From positions 1,819-65,818 of the forward strand of contig JAFVHN010000036.1 of the NCBI GenBank assembly GCA_017474515.1: 64,000 nt of DNA. The letters run 5' to 3'. The notes under the pieces were generated by a model that had not been told where the DNA came from, ran no database searches, and worked only from the letters and a program-made list of their open reading frames with translations. Both the position numbers and the translations under genes were made by a program. Position 1 is the first letter of the stretch. Every line of letters starts with the position of its first letter. The DNA is from Prevotella sp. GTDB lineage: Bacteria > Bacteroidota > Bacteroidia > Bacteroidales > Bacteroidaceae. Shown here piece by piece: positions 1 to 9,272 of the stretch.

Positions 1-1
1 T

Positions 2-403
2 GCAGGAAAAATACGCACGAAGACAATTGCCAAGGGCAACACGCTTTTTTGTTTGGCCGAACATCTTCATAATTATTTGCAAAATGTCGAGAAAATGCCA
101 GAAACAACTTTCGACGAAATTGTTGACAAATATATTGAGATGAATATGGCCCATCCGTTTATGGAAGGAAACGGACGCTCGACCCGTATCTGGCTCGACC
201 TCATACTTAAAAAGCGTTTGGGGCTATGTGTTGACTGGAGCAAGATAGGCAAACGTGACTATCTGAACGCAATGATAGAAAGCGAGACGAATAGCACAAA
301 AATACGCGAGTTGATTCGTTTGGCTCTTACTGACAAGATTGACGACCGTGAAACATTTATGAAGGGTATCGACTATTCCTATTATTACGAACAAAACGAT
401 TAA
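2..403 (+). CDS. fic: Fic-domain protein (NmFic-like class III adenylyltransferase), 5'-partial
   Basis: Fic motif HPFMEGNGRSTR. Frame is open from the window start (AGKIRTKTIAKGNTLF...). C-terminal SYYYEQ resembles the (S/T)xxxE(G/N) auto-inhibitory helix. Confidence 0.9.
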   Translation, partial: AGKIRTKTIAKGNTLFCLAEHLHNYLQNVEKMPETTFDEIVDKYIEMNMAHPFMEGNGRSTRIWLDLILKKRLGLCVDWSKIGKRDYLNAMIESETNSTKIRELIRLALTDKIDDRETFMKGIDYSYYYEQND

Positions 404-446
404 GAGAGCAAAAGCCAAACTCGTTTGAGCTTTGCCGAACGAGAGT
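396..446 (-). repeat. Short hairpin repeat, inverted relative of the element at 3008-3074
   Basis: Minus strand reads ACTCTCGTTCGGCAAAGC-[hairpin]-GCTTTTGCTCTCTTAATCG, the same layout as ACTCGCACTCGGAAA-[hairpin]-TTTCGCTCGTTTATCCG at 3008-3066. Confidence 0.45.
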
Positions 447-489
447 TTTGTAGAATGATAATTCAACAAGAGGATTAAAAATACAGACA

Positions 490-2949
490 ATGAACGAAGC
501 GCAGACAAGGTTGAACAAGATAGACCCCAAGCTAAGGGATGCTGGCTGGGGCATTGTTCCAGGAAGTAAGATACTGGTGGAGCAGAGCGCTTATATTGCG
601 CCGGGCCGCATCACAACTACTGGCAACAAGAATCCGAAGAAGGCGGACTATATCCTTGAATACAAGGGGCAAAAACTTGCCGTGATAGAAGCCAAAAGCG
701 ACGAGAAAGACGTGGCTGAAGGCGTAGGGCAAGCCAAACTCTATGCCGATGCCCTGAAGATTCGCTTCACCTACAGCACGAACGGCGATGAGATTTGGTT
801 CATCGACATGGGCATCAAGGACAACAAGGGAGAATATATCATTCCCAGCAAGGAACATGACATAGACATATTCCCCACTCCACAAGACTTGTGGCAGATG
901 ACCTTCCCCGAGGAGAATCCTTGGCGCGACAAGTTCAATCTCTGCGCTTTGAATCGTAGCGGTGGGCGCCAGCCTCGCTACTATCAGGAGATAGCCATCA
1001 AGAACGTGCTGGAGGCTGTGGCCAAGCAACGGAATCGCATCTTGCTGACGATGGCCACAGGCACGGGAAAAACCTACACGGCTTTCCAAATATGCTGGAA
1101 GCTGACACAAACCAAATGGAATACAAAGGGTGTTGAGCGTGCTCCAAGAATCCTTTTCATTGCCGACAGGAATATTCTTGCCAATCAGGCCATCAACGAC
1201 TTCGACCAGTTCCCTGAGGATGCCATGTGTCGCATTACGCCCAAGGAACTGAAGAAAAACAATTACAAGGTACCAACAGCCCGCAATCTTTACTTCACCA
1301 TCTTCCAGACGATGATGACGTCGCCTAATGCCCAAAAAGCAGAGGAACAAGGTATTACGTTGCCAGAAGGCGCAACCGACCAGCCCTATTACATGCAGTA
1401 TGAGCGAAACTTTTTCGACTTCATCATCATTGACGAGTGCCATCGAGGTGGCGCCAATGACGAAAGCGAGTGGCGAAAGCTGATGGAATACTTTGATTCT
1501 GCTTATCAGCTCGGAATGACAGCTACGCCAAGAAGAAAAGACAATGTTAATACCTACGCATACTTCGGAGAACCCGTATATGTTTATTCCCTGAAACAAG
1601 GAATCGAGGATGGCTTCCTTGTACCGTTCCGTGTTGACGTCTCCACGAGCAACATCGACGATTACAAGTATGAAGAGGGAGACATCGTGAAGAGCGGAGA
1701 AATAGACCCTGAAAAGGTTTACTCGGAGTCGGATTTCTATAATGGAAGAATCCAGATCAAGGAGCGCGACGAACACCGTGTGCAAGAGTTCCTGAAGAAG
1801 ATTGACCCTGACGAGAAGACCATTATCTTCTGTGCCACTCAGAAGCATGCAATGATTGTTCGCGACATGGTAAACAAGCACAAACAGCGCCCTGCCAGCA
1901 ACTATTGTGAGCGCGTGACCGCCGATGATGGCGAAGTGGGCGAAGCAACCTTGAGAGCCTTCCAAGACAACGAGAAGTTGCTGCCCACCATCCTTACCAC
2001 ATCGTATAAGCTGAGCACTGGCGTTGATGCCCGCAATGTGCGCAACATCGTGTTGATGCGGCCCATCCGTAACATCGTTGAATTTAAGCAGATTATCGGT
2101 CGAGGCACACGCTTGTTCGACAAGAAGTATTATTTCACCATCTACGACTTCGTTGGCGCAAGCGTTATGTTCAAAGACCCTGACTGGGATGGCGACACAT
2201 ACTGCCCCGATTGTGGCAACTGGCCTTGTACTTGTAAAAAGAAGCCAAAGCCTTATCCGCCAGTTGAAGATGAGGGAAATGGTGACTCCGCCGGTGATGG
2301 AGGATGGGAACAGCCCAAGCCGTGCCCTTTATGTGGACACCTCCCTTGTACCTGCGAAGGACCAAGGAAGAACCTGATTGTTATAAAACTGTCTGATGGA
2401 AGAAGGCTGACTCTTGAAACAAAATGGGAACAGAAGATATTCTTTGGTGACGAGTTCATCAGTCTTGATGAATATGTAAAGAAGCTTTTTGGCAGGGTGC
2501 CAGAATTCTTTTCTGGGGCAGATGACCTCAGAGAGAAGTGGTCAAACCCGGAAACCCGTGAGCAACTGCTGAGAACGCTGGATGAAGCGGGGTTCGCAGA
2601 GGACAAACTGGACCTCCTCAAGAACATGCTGAAAATGCAGAAATGCGATTTGCTTGATGTGCTGGAATATATTGCATTTAACTCAACACCAATAGAGAGA
2701 GAAAAGAGAGTTGAGCTTGTGAAGAAACAGTATGTGGATTCTTTGAACAAGGAGCAGCGAGATTTCGACAATCTTATCTTGCAATACTACGTCAGCAACG
2801 GTTTCAAGGAACTTGGTTCTGATAATTTGAAGACCTTTATAACCATCAAGTTCAACTCAATGAGCGATGCAAAGGAAAAGTTAAATATGTCTGTTGCAGA
2901 TATACGTGCACACTACTTTGAATTACAACGAAGATTATATGGTGCATAG
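490..2949 (+). CDS. hsdR: Type I restriction enzyme R subunit (EcoAI/EcoEI-like HsdR)
   Basis: N-terminal nuclease motif (ADY...IEAK), Walker A MATGTGKT, DECH box, TATP, QIIGRGTR, C-terminal EcoEI_R_C-like region and two CPxCGxxPCTC motifs. Confidence 0.92.
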   Translation: MNEAQTRLNKIDPKLRDAGWGIVPGSKILVEQSAYIAPGRITTTGNKNPKKADYILEYKGQKLAVIEAKSDEKDVAEGVGQAKLYADALKIRFTYSTNGDEIWFIDMGIKDNKGEYIIPSKEHDIDIFPTPQDLWQMTFPEENPWRDKFNLCALNRSGGRQPRYYQEIAIKNVLEAVAKQRNRILLTMATGTGKTYTAFQICWKLTQTKWNTKGVERAPRILFIADRNILANQAINDFDQFPEDAMCRITPKELKKNNYKVPTARNLYFTIFQTMMTSPNAQKAEEQGITLPEGATDQPYYMQYERNFFDFIIIDECHRGGANDESEWRKLMEYFDSAYQLGMTATPRRKDNVNTYAYFGEPVYVYSLKQGIEDGFLVPFRVDVSTSNIDDYKYEEGDIVKSGEIDPEKVYSESDFYNGRIQIKERDEHRVQEFLKKIDPDEKTIIFCATQKHAMIVRDMVNKHKQRPASNYCERVTADDGEVGEATLRAFQDNEKLLPTILTTSYKLSTGVDARNVRNIVLMRPIRNIVEFKQIIGRGTRLFDKKYYFTIYDFVGASVMFKDPDWDGDTYCPDCGNWPCTCKKKPKPYPPVEDEGNGDSAGDGGWEQPKPCPLCGHLPCTCEGPRKNLIVIKLSDGRRLTLETKWEQKIFFGDEFISLDEYVKKLFGRVPEFFSGADDLREKWSNPETREQLLRTLDEAGFAEDKLDLLKNMLKMQKCDLLDVLEYIAFNSTPIEREKRVELVKKQYVDSLNKEQRDFDNLILQYYVSNGFKELGSDNLKTFITIKFNSMSDAKEKLNMSVADIRAHYFELQRRLYGA

Positions 2950-2973
2950 AAGCAAATTCCCGCTTAATCGCTG

Positions 2974-3073
2974 ATTTCGCTCGTTTATCCGTAACTTTAG
3001 ATAAGTTACTCGCACTCGGAAATAAAAATAAAAGGTGTTTTATTTTGCATTTCGCTCGTTTATCCGTAACTTT
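2974..3073 (+). repeat. 25-bp perfect direct repeat enclosing a hairpin element
   Basis: ATTTCGCTCGTTTATCCGTAACTTT at 2974-2998 and 3049-3073. GTAACTT-N5-AAGTTAC palindrome at 2991-3009. Confidence 0.85.
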
Positions 3074-3074
3074 G
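3044..3074 (+). promoter_or_regulatory. Bacteroidota primary-sigma promoter of pheT
   Basis: TTTG (3044-3047), 19-nt spacer, TAACTTTG (3067-3074). Confidence 0.75.
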
Positions 3075-3110
3075 CATCCGTTTTAATTAAAACCACAAAT
3101 ATACAGCACA

Positions 3111-5561
3111 ATGAATATCAGTTATAAATGGTTGAAGGAGTATGTTGACTTCAACCTTTCGCCCCAAGAAGTCTGCGACGCACTGACCTCTGCCGGACTT
3201 GAAGTAGATGCCCTTGAGGAAGTGCAGACCATCCGCGGCGGACTAAAAGGACTCTATGTAGGAAAGGTGCTCACCTGCGACATGCACCCCAATTCGGACC
3301 ACCTGCATGTGACAACCGTGGACCTCGGAAGGCCGGAGCCTTCGCAAATCGTCTGCGGGGCACCCAACGTGGCCGCCGGGCAGAAAGTCATCGTGGCCGA
3401 CCTGGGATGCACCCTCTACGACGGCGACAAGGAGTTCCTAATCAAGAAATCGAAACTCAGGGGCGTGGAGTCATGCGGAATGATTTGCGCAGAAGACGAA
3501 ATTGGCATCGGAACCAGCCACGCCGGCATTATCGTGCTGCCCGAAGATGCGCCCGTGGGACAGCCCGCAGCAGAATATTACCACCTGGAAAGCGACTGGC
3601 TCATTGAGGTGGACATCACCGCCAACCGCGCCGACGCCCTCTCACACTGGGGAGTGGCACGCGACCTGTATGCCTGGCTCAGGCAGAACGGCTACGAGAC
3701 ATCGCTCCACCGGCCGTCGTGCGACGAGTTCAAGGTTGACGACAACAGCCTGCCCATCGACGTGGAGATAGTGGAAAAGGAGGCCTGCAAGCGCTATGCC
3801 TGCGTGAGCATCACCGACTGCGAGGTGAAAGAGAGTCCCGAATGGCTGAAGAACAAACTCAACACTGTGGGACTGAGGCCCATCAACAATATCGTGGACA
3901 TCACCAACTACATCATGATGGCCTACGGACAACCCCTCCACTGCTTTGATGCCGACATGGTGAAAGGCCACAAAATCGTGGTGAAGACGATGGCCGAGGG
4001 TACGCCATTTGTAACCCTCGACGGCGTGGAGCACCGCCTCAGCAACCGCGACCTGGCCATCTGCAACGAAGAAGAGCCCATGTGCATTGCAGGCGTGTTC
4101 GGCGGAAAAGGCTCCGGCACCTACGACACCACGAAGCATGTGGTGCTGGAAAGCGCCTACTTCCACCCCACTTGGATAAGAAAAAGCGCCAGGAGGCACG
4201 GGCTGAGTACCGACTCCAGCTTTAGGTTTGAACGCGGCATCGACCCCAACGGCACCATCTATGCACTGAAACAGGCTGCCATTCTTTGCAAACAGCTGGC
4301 AGGAGGAAAAATTAGCATGGAGGTGAAAGACGTCTATCCCGAACCGCTGCCCGACTTCGAGGTTGAACTGAAATACGACTACGTTCACCAGCTCATCGGC
4401 AAGGTTATTCCGGCCGAAGTGGTGAAAAGCATCGTGACATCGCTCGAAATGAAAATTGAGCATGAAGATGCCGAAGGGTTGCGGCTGATGGTTCCCGCAT
4501 ACAGGGTTGACGTGAAGAGGCCCTGCGACGTGGTGGAAGACATTCTGCGCATCTACGGTTATAATAATGTGGAAATTCCCACTCAGCTGAAATCGTCGCT
4601 CGTGGTCAAAGGAGAAGACGACGAGAGGCATGTGCTGGAAAACCTCATCGGCGAACAGCTGGTGGGATGCGGCTTCAACGAGATTCTCAACAACTCGCTC
4701 ACCAAGGCCGCCTATTACGACGAAGAGGACAAGAACCTTGTGAGAATTGTCAACCCGCTGTCATCCGACCTGAGCATCATGCGGGCCACACTTCTTTACG
4801 GCGGACTGGAGAGCATTGCCTACAACGCCAACAGGAAAAGCCCCAACCTGCGCTTCTTCGAGTTTGGAAATGTTTACAAATATACACCCGAAAAGGCCGA
4901 CGCCGACAACCCCATGAATGCCTATAGCGAAGAAAACCACCTGGCACTGTGGATTACGGGAAAGCGCGTGGAAGGGTCGTGGGCACATGGCGACGAGCAG
5001 TCGTCGTTCCACGAACTGAAAGCCTATGTGGTGAACGTGCTCAGGCGGATTGGCCTCAACTTCGGCAACGTGGTGTGGAAAGAGTATGAGGGACAAATGT
5101 TCTCGAAAGCACTCACCATTGAGAACCGTGGCGGAAAAGTATTCGGACAAATGGGCATCGTGGACAGGAAAATACTGAAGCAGGCCGACATCGCCGGCGA
5201 AGTATATTACGCCGAACTGAATTGGACACAACTCATGAAAGCCGTCAGGAAAAACAAGGTGTTGTTCTCTGAAATCAGCAAATATCCCGCCGTCAGCCGC
5301 GACCTGGCACTCCTTATCGACAAGGACGTGGAGTTTGCAAGCATAGAACAGATTGCTTATCAGAGCGAGCGGAAACTGCTCAAGAAGGTGGAACTGTTCG
5401 ACGTGTACGAAGGCAAGAACCTGCCTCAAGGCAAAAAGAGCTATGCCGTCAACTTCATCCTTCAAGATGAGCAAAAGACCCTCAACGACAAGCAGATTGA
5501 TGCCATCATGCAGAAAATCATCGGCAATCTGAAAAAACAACTGAATGCGGAACTGCGTTGA
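3111..5561 (+). CDS. pheT: Phenylalanine--tRNA ligase beta subunit
   Basis: MNISYKWLKEY start, HPNSDHL, IVCGAPNV, RFERGID and FDX-ACB C-terminus (RDLAL...LFDVYEG). Confidence 0.98.
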   Translation: MNISYKWLKEYVDFNLSPQEVCDALTSAGLEVDALEEVQTIRGGLKGLYVGKVLTCDMHPNSDHLHVTTVDLGRPEPSQIVCGAPNVAAGQKVIVADLGCTLYDGDKEFLIKKSKLRGVESCGMICAEDEIGIGTSHAGIIVLPEDAPVGQPAAEYYHLESDWLIEVDITANRADALSHWGVARDLYAWLRQNGYETSLHRPSCDEFKVDDNSLPIDVEIVEKEACKRYACVSITDCEVKESPEWLKNKLNTVGLRPINNIVDITNYIMMAYGQPLHCFDADMVKGHKIVVKTMAEGTPFVTLDGVEHRLSNRDLAICNEEEPMCIAGVFGGKGSGTYDTTKHVVLESAYFHPTWIRKSARRHGLSTDSSFRFERGIDPNGTIYALKQAAILCKQLAGGKISMEVKDVYPEPLPDFEVELKYDYVHQLIGKVIPAEVVKSIVTSLEMKIEHEDAEGLRLMVPAYRVDVKRPCDVVEDILRIYGYNNVEIPTQLKSSLVVKGEDDERHVLENLIGEQLVGCGFNEILNNSLTKAAYYDEEDKNLVRIVNPLSSDLSIMRATLLYGGLESIAYNANRKSPNLRFFEFGNVYKYTPEKADADNPMNAYSEENHLALWITGKRVEGSWAHGDEQSSFHELKAYVVNVLRRIGLNFGNVVWKEYEGQMFSKALTIENRGGKVFGQMGIVDRKILKQADIAGEVYYAELNWTQLMKAVRKNKVLFSEISKYPAVSRDLALLIDKDVEFASIEQIAYQSERKLLKKVELFDVYEGKNLPQGKKSYAVNFILQDEQKTLNDKQIDAIMQKIIGNLKKQLNAELR

Positions 5562-5573
5562 CAACAAACAATT

Positions 5574-5813
5574 AACAATAACCAATAAACGAAAGAATCA
5601 ATCGAAACGGAGTATTGGTTAGAATTATTGCACGAGAGTTTGAATTCATTGACGATAAGTCTTTTGAATCCATCTATGATGAAAATAATAAAATATCAGC
5701 AACATTAATTAATTTCATAAGAAGAGCCAAGGAATCGGAGAAATAACGGTTATTGTTGAACTGTTAATGTTTATTGGTCAACGATTATTGTAAAACGGTT
5801 ATTGGTTATTGTT
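5574..5813. repeat. Inverted heptamer-repeat arms (CAATAAC / GTTATTG) flanking a gene remnant
   Basis: AACAATAACCAATAA (5574-5588) is the exact reverse complement of TTATTGGTTATTGTT (5799-5813). More TTATTG units lie at 5750-5790. Confidence 0.8.
5592..5746 (+). pseudogene. Remnant (C-terminal half, frameshifted) of a four-helix-bundle / 23S rRNA IVS-type protein
   Basis: Manual translation: KESIETEYWLELLHES, frameshift at 5640-5641, then EFIDDKSFESIYDENNKISATLINFIRRAKESEK*. Matches the KExxETxYWLELL signature. No start codon or N-terminal half. Confidence 0.75.
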
Positions 5814-5832
5814 TAACATTTATTGTACTAAA

Positions 5833-6561
5833 ATGGGAAGAGCATTTGAATATCGCAAAGCAGCGAAACTGAAAAGATGGGGCCATATGGCCAAGACATT
5901 CACAAAGATTGGCAAGCAAATCGCCATCGCAGTAAAAGCCGGAGGCCCCGACCCCGACATGAACCCCACCCTTCGCGCCATTATCGCCAATGCCAAGCGC
6001 GAGAACATGCCCAAGGACAACATCGAGCGCGCCATTAAAAACGCCATGGGCAAGGACACCAGCGACTACAAGGAAGTGAACTACGAAGGATACGGGCCCC
6101 ACGGCATCGCCATCTTTGTGGAAACACTTACCGACAACACCACTCGCACCGTGGGTGATGTTCGCTCAGTGTTCAACAAGTTCAACGGAAACCTCGGCAC
6201 ACAGGGCAGCCTCGCTTTCCTCTTTGACCACAAGGCTGTTTTCACCTTTAAGAAGAAAGACGGCCTGGACATGGACGAGATGATTCTCGACCTCATCGAC
6301 TATGGCGTGGAAGATGAATTCGACGAAGACGAAGAGGAGAACAGCATCACCATCTACGGCGACCCGCAGAGCTTCGGTGCCATTCAGAAACATCTTGAGG
6401 AAAACGGATTTGAAGTGACTGGGGCTGAGTTCACTCGCATTCCCAACGACCTGAAGGATGTTACCGCCGAGCAGCGCGAAACCATCGACAAAATGGTGGA
6501 AAAACTCGAGGACTTCGACGACGTGCAGACCGTTTACACCAACATGAAGCCCGAAGAATGA
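5833..6561 (+). CDS. yebC: YebC/PmpR family protein
   Basis: MGRAFEYRK start (ATG 5833), NMPKDNIERAI, YEGYGPHG and DDVQTVYTN. Confidence 0.95.
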   Translation: MGRAFEYRKAAKLKRWGHMAKTFTKIGKQIAIAVKAGGPDPDMNPTLRAIIANAKRENMPKDNIERAIKNAMGKDTSDYKEVNYEGYGPHGIAIFVETLTDNTTRTVGDVRSVFNKFNGNLGTQGSLAFLFDHKAVFTFKKKDGLDMDEMILDLIDYGVEDEFDEDEEENSITIYGDPQSFGAIQKHLEENGFEVTGAEFTRIPNDLKDVTAEQRETIDKMVEKLEDFDDVQTVYTNMKPEE

Positions 6562-6806
6562 AGCATATCACCTATCAGACAAGCGGCACATGCAGCAAAG
6601 CCATCGACATTGATATCGATGACGACAACCGCATACAGAATGTTTCCTTCACTGGCGGCTGTCATGGCAATCTGCAAGGCATTTCAACCCTTGTGAGAGG
6701 CATGAAGGTGGACGAAGTTAAGGAAAAACTGGCGGGCATTCGCTGCGGTTACAAAAACACCAGCTGCCCCGACCAACTGGCTCAGGCCCTTAGTCAGGCA
6801 GACTGA
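6558..6806 (+). CDS. Small TSCPD-domain protein (TIGR03905-like)
   Basis: GTCS, GGCHGNL and CGYKNTSCPDQLA motifs. ATGA overlap with the yebC stop. Confidence 0.88.
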   Translation: MKHITYQTSGTCSKAIDIDIDDDNRIQNVSFTGGCHGNLQGISTLVRGMKVDEVKEKLAGIRCGYKNTSCPDQLAQALSQAD

Positions 6807-6964
6807 CTTTTTCTACAAAGAAACAACAACAATGGGAAGACGGCAACGACTTGTTGCACGGCTTCCCATTGTTGTTTTAAAGAATGTTGGCGAACACAGC
6901 CACTTTTTTGACCTGCAAGAAGAAAAAAACGGCCTTTTATGGGTTTCGTATCGTTTTTTTTTTG

Positions 6965-6972
6965 TATTTTTG
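6965..6972 (+). promoter_or_regulatory. -7 promoter element of dcu
   Basis: TATTTTTG about 55 nt upstream of ATG 7028. Confidence 0.55.
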
Positions 6973-7027
6973 TACATTGAATATAATCATCGCGCAAATA
7001 AATCTATTCATACTAATTAAAACAATT

Positions 7028-8503
7028 ATGAGCATTCTAATGATTTTACAGTTGCTGATTGTATTATTGGCACTGTGGATTGGTTCGCGCTATGGCAGTC
7101 TGGCACTCGGTGCCATCTCTGGCATCGGCCTTGCCATTCTTGTGTTCGGCTTCGGCCTGAAACCCGGTTCTCCTCCTACCGACGTCATTTACATCATCAT
7201 TGCAGCCGTAACCTGCGCCGGCGTGTTGCAGGCTTCGGGCGGCATGGACTGGATGATTCAAGTGGCCGAGAAAATGCTGCGCAAGCATCCCGACCGCATC
7301 ACGTTCCTGGCTCCGTTGACAACGTTCTTCCTTACAGTCCTGGTAGGAACGGGCCATGTGGTTTACACGCTGATGCCCATCATCTGTGACATTGCTCTGA
7401 AAAAGGGCATACGTCCTGAGCGTCCCTGCGGCGTGGCCTCTATTGCCTCGCAGGTGGGCATCACCTGTTCGCCCATTGCCGCTGCCGTAGTGGCTTTTTC
7501 AGCCATTTCGGCGACCAACGGCTTCCATGTGAACAACTTGCAGATTATCATGATAACCATTCCGGCCTGTGTGCTCGGACTGTTGGCTGCTGCATTGGCT
7601 TCCTACCACCGCGGAAAGGACCTCGACAAGGACCCGCAGTTCCAGGAGCGCATCAAGGACCCCGTGCAGTACCAATATATTTATGGTAACAGCGCAACCA
7701 CGCTCGACAAGAAGATTTCAAAAGAATCGAAACGTGCCGTATATATTTTCCTCTGCGCCTTGGGCATCATCGTGCTCTTCTCTATCGTGCAGATGGTAGG
7801 CGGAAACCTTCTTCCCTCCTACGACACTGTTCAAGCCGTGAAAAACGGTCCCGAAAGCATCACGCTGCCCGGAGGCATCACGGAAACCGCCAAGCAACTG
7901 GCCTCAGCAGGCATCGTCATGGAAGGCGTTACTGAAAGCGTGAAAAAGCCGTTGGCCATGAACCTGGTCATTCAGATTATCATGATTTCCGCCGCCGCAT
8001 TGATGATTATCTTCTGCAAGGCAAAGCCCAAGAAAGCCGTGGGCGGAGCCGTGTGGCAGTCGGGCATGGTGGCCGTGGTGGCCATCTACGGCATCGCATG
8101 GCTGGCCGACACCTATTTCGGCAACTACATGAGCGAGATGAAGCTGATGCTGACCGACCTCGTGAAGGCTTATCCCTGGACCATTGCCATTGCTTTCTTC
8201 CTTGTCAGTGTGCTTATCAACTCACAGGGAGCCGTGGTGGTGGCCATGCTGCCCCTTGCCTATTCGCTCAACATTGAGGGTTGGATTTTGCTCGGTGTGC
8301 TGCCAAGTGTTTACGGATATTTCTTCATTCCCAATTATCCTTCGGACATTGCCACGGTAAACTTCGACCGTTCGGGTACTACGGTAATCGGAAAATATCT
8401 TCTCAACCACTCGTTCATGATGCCTGGCCTCATCAGTGTCATCACGAGCACCATCGTGGCCTATGCACTGTCATATCTTTTCCATTCCATGGGAGCTTTC
8501 TAA
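7028..8503 (+). CDS. Anaerobic C4-dicarboxylate transporter (DcuA/DcuB family)
   Basis: Polytopic hydrophobic protein with GTGHVVY, IRPERP, GKDLDKDP, FDRSGTT and NHSFM motifs. Start chosen at MSILM. Confidence 0.92.
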   Translation: MSILMILQLLIVLLALWIGSRYGSLALGAISGIGLAILVFGFGLKPGSPPTDVIYIIIAAVTCAGVLQASGGMDWMIQVAEKMLRKHPDRITFLAPLTTFFLTVLVGTGHVVYTLMPIICDIALKKGIRPERPCGVASIASQVGITCSPIAAAVVAFSAISATNGFHVNNLQIIMITIPACVLGLLAAALASYHRGKDLDKDPQFQERIKDPVQYQYIYGNSATTLDKKISKESKRAVYIFLCALGIIVLFSIVQMVGGNLLPSYDTVQAVKNGPESITLPGGITETAKQLASAGIVMEGVTESVKKPLAMNLVIQIIMISAAALMIIFCKAKPKKAVGGAVWQSGMVAVVAIYGIAWLADTYFGNYMSEMKLMLTDLVKAYPWTIAIAFFLVSVLINSQGAVVVAMLPLAYSLNIEGWILLGVLPSVYGYFFIPNYPSDIATVNFDRSGTTVIGKYLLNHSFMMPGLISVITSTIVAYALSYLFHSMGAF

Positions 8504-8530
8504 AAGTTGAATACTAAAAAGTTGAATACT

Positions 8531-8560
8531 CGGCCTGGGCTTGCGTCCCAGGCCGTTTTT
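8531..8560 (+). terminator. Rho-independent terminator after dcu
   Basis: CGGCCTGGG/CCCAGGCCG stem followed by TTTTT. Confidence 0.85.
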
Positions 8561-8704
8561 GTGTTCACCATTCAAAAGTCATCAATAATCCTTTCCAATT
8601 ATAAATAAAACATAAAAAAGGGCATTTTCCTTAAACGTGTGGCATTTTCATTCATCAAATAAACAAATCGAATAAAAATACCACAAATAAAATTCTAATT
8701 AGTT

Positions 8705-9190
8705 ATGATGAAAAAATTGTTTTTAGTAATGGCCTTAAGCCTTTCTGTCAGCATGACATGGGCACAGGGCAACGAGAGAGTACGTGTTGAGGATCCGAAA
8801 GAACGCACCGAAGCCATGGTGTCGGAGTATGGTCTCAACGAAGAGCAGGCCAAGAAATTGGCTGAGTTAAACGAAAAATACAAGGACGTGCTGGCTCCTC
8901 CCCGTGGTCCCAGGCCCCAACAGCCCGGAAACGGCGAAATGAGAAGGCAGCGCCCGCCGCGCCAAGACGGTGGTGTGGAAGGTGCTCGTCCCGAGCGCAT
9001 TCAGGGTGACAACCCGATGATGGGCCGCATGAGGGAAATGATGGAAAAGCGTCGCGAGCAGATGGAGGCTTACGATAAAGAGCTGAAGGAAATCATGACC
9101 GAAGACCAGTTCAAGGCTTATCAGAAGAAAAGAGAAGAAATGAGAGCTCGTCGCCCCAATTTCGGACGCCCGCCAGTTCAGAACCAATAA
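8705..9190 (+). CDS. Secreted charged helical protein (DUF4890-like)
   Basis: Signal peptide ending WA|Q, RTEAMVSEYGLNEEQ, LKEIMTEDQFKAY and R/P/G-rich linkers. Confidence 0.7.
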   Translation: MMKKLFLVMALSLSVSMTWAQGNERVRVEDPKERTEAMVSEYGLNEEQAKKLAELNEKYKDVLAPPRGPRPQQPGNGEMRRQRPPRQDGGVEGARPERIQGDNPMMGRMREMMEKRREQMEAYDKELKEIMTEDQFKAYQKKREEMRARRPNFGRPPVQNQ

Positions 9191-9210
9191 TCCTACGTTT
9201 ATAATAAGAC

Positions 9211-9261
9211 AAAAAGAAAACTCCCTCTTTTCCCCTTTTCGGGAATGAGAGGGAGCTTTTT
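9211..9261. terminator. Bidirectional terminator between convergent genes
   Basis: CTCCCTCT...AGAGGGAG stem with an A-tract before and a T-tract after. Confidence 0.7.
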
Positions 9262-9272
9262 GTATGATAACC

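Noticed and set aside
532-1965. 477-aa minus-strand ORF and similar long antisense ORFs (e.g. 19532-20989, 43633-44919, 3642-4631)
   Set aside because: Shadow frames opposite well-supported genes with GC-rich third positions. No recognisable motifs.
5592-5746. Diversity-generating retroelement (Avd-like remnant)
   Set aside because: No reverse transcriptase and no template/variable repeat pair differing at adenines is visible in the window.
8502-8530. AAAAGTTGAATACT tandem duplication after dcu
   Set aside because: Only two copies next to a terminator, consistent with a local slippage event.
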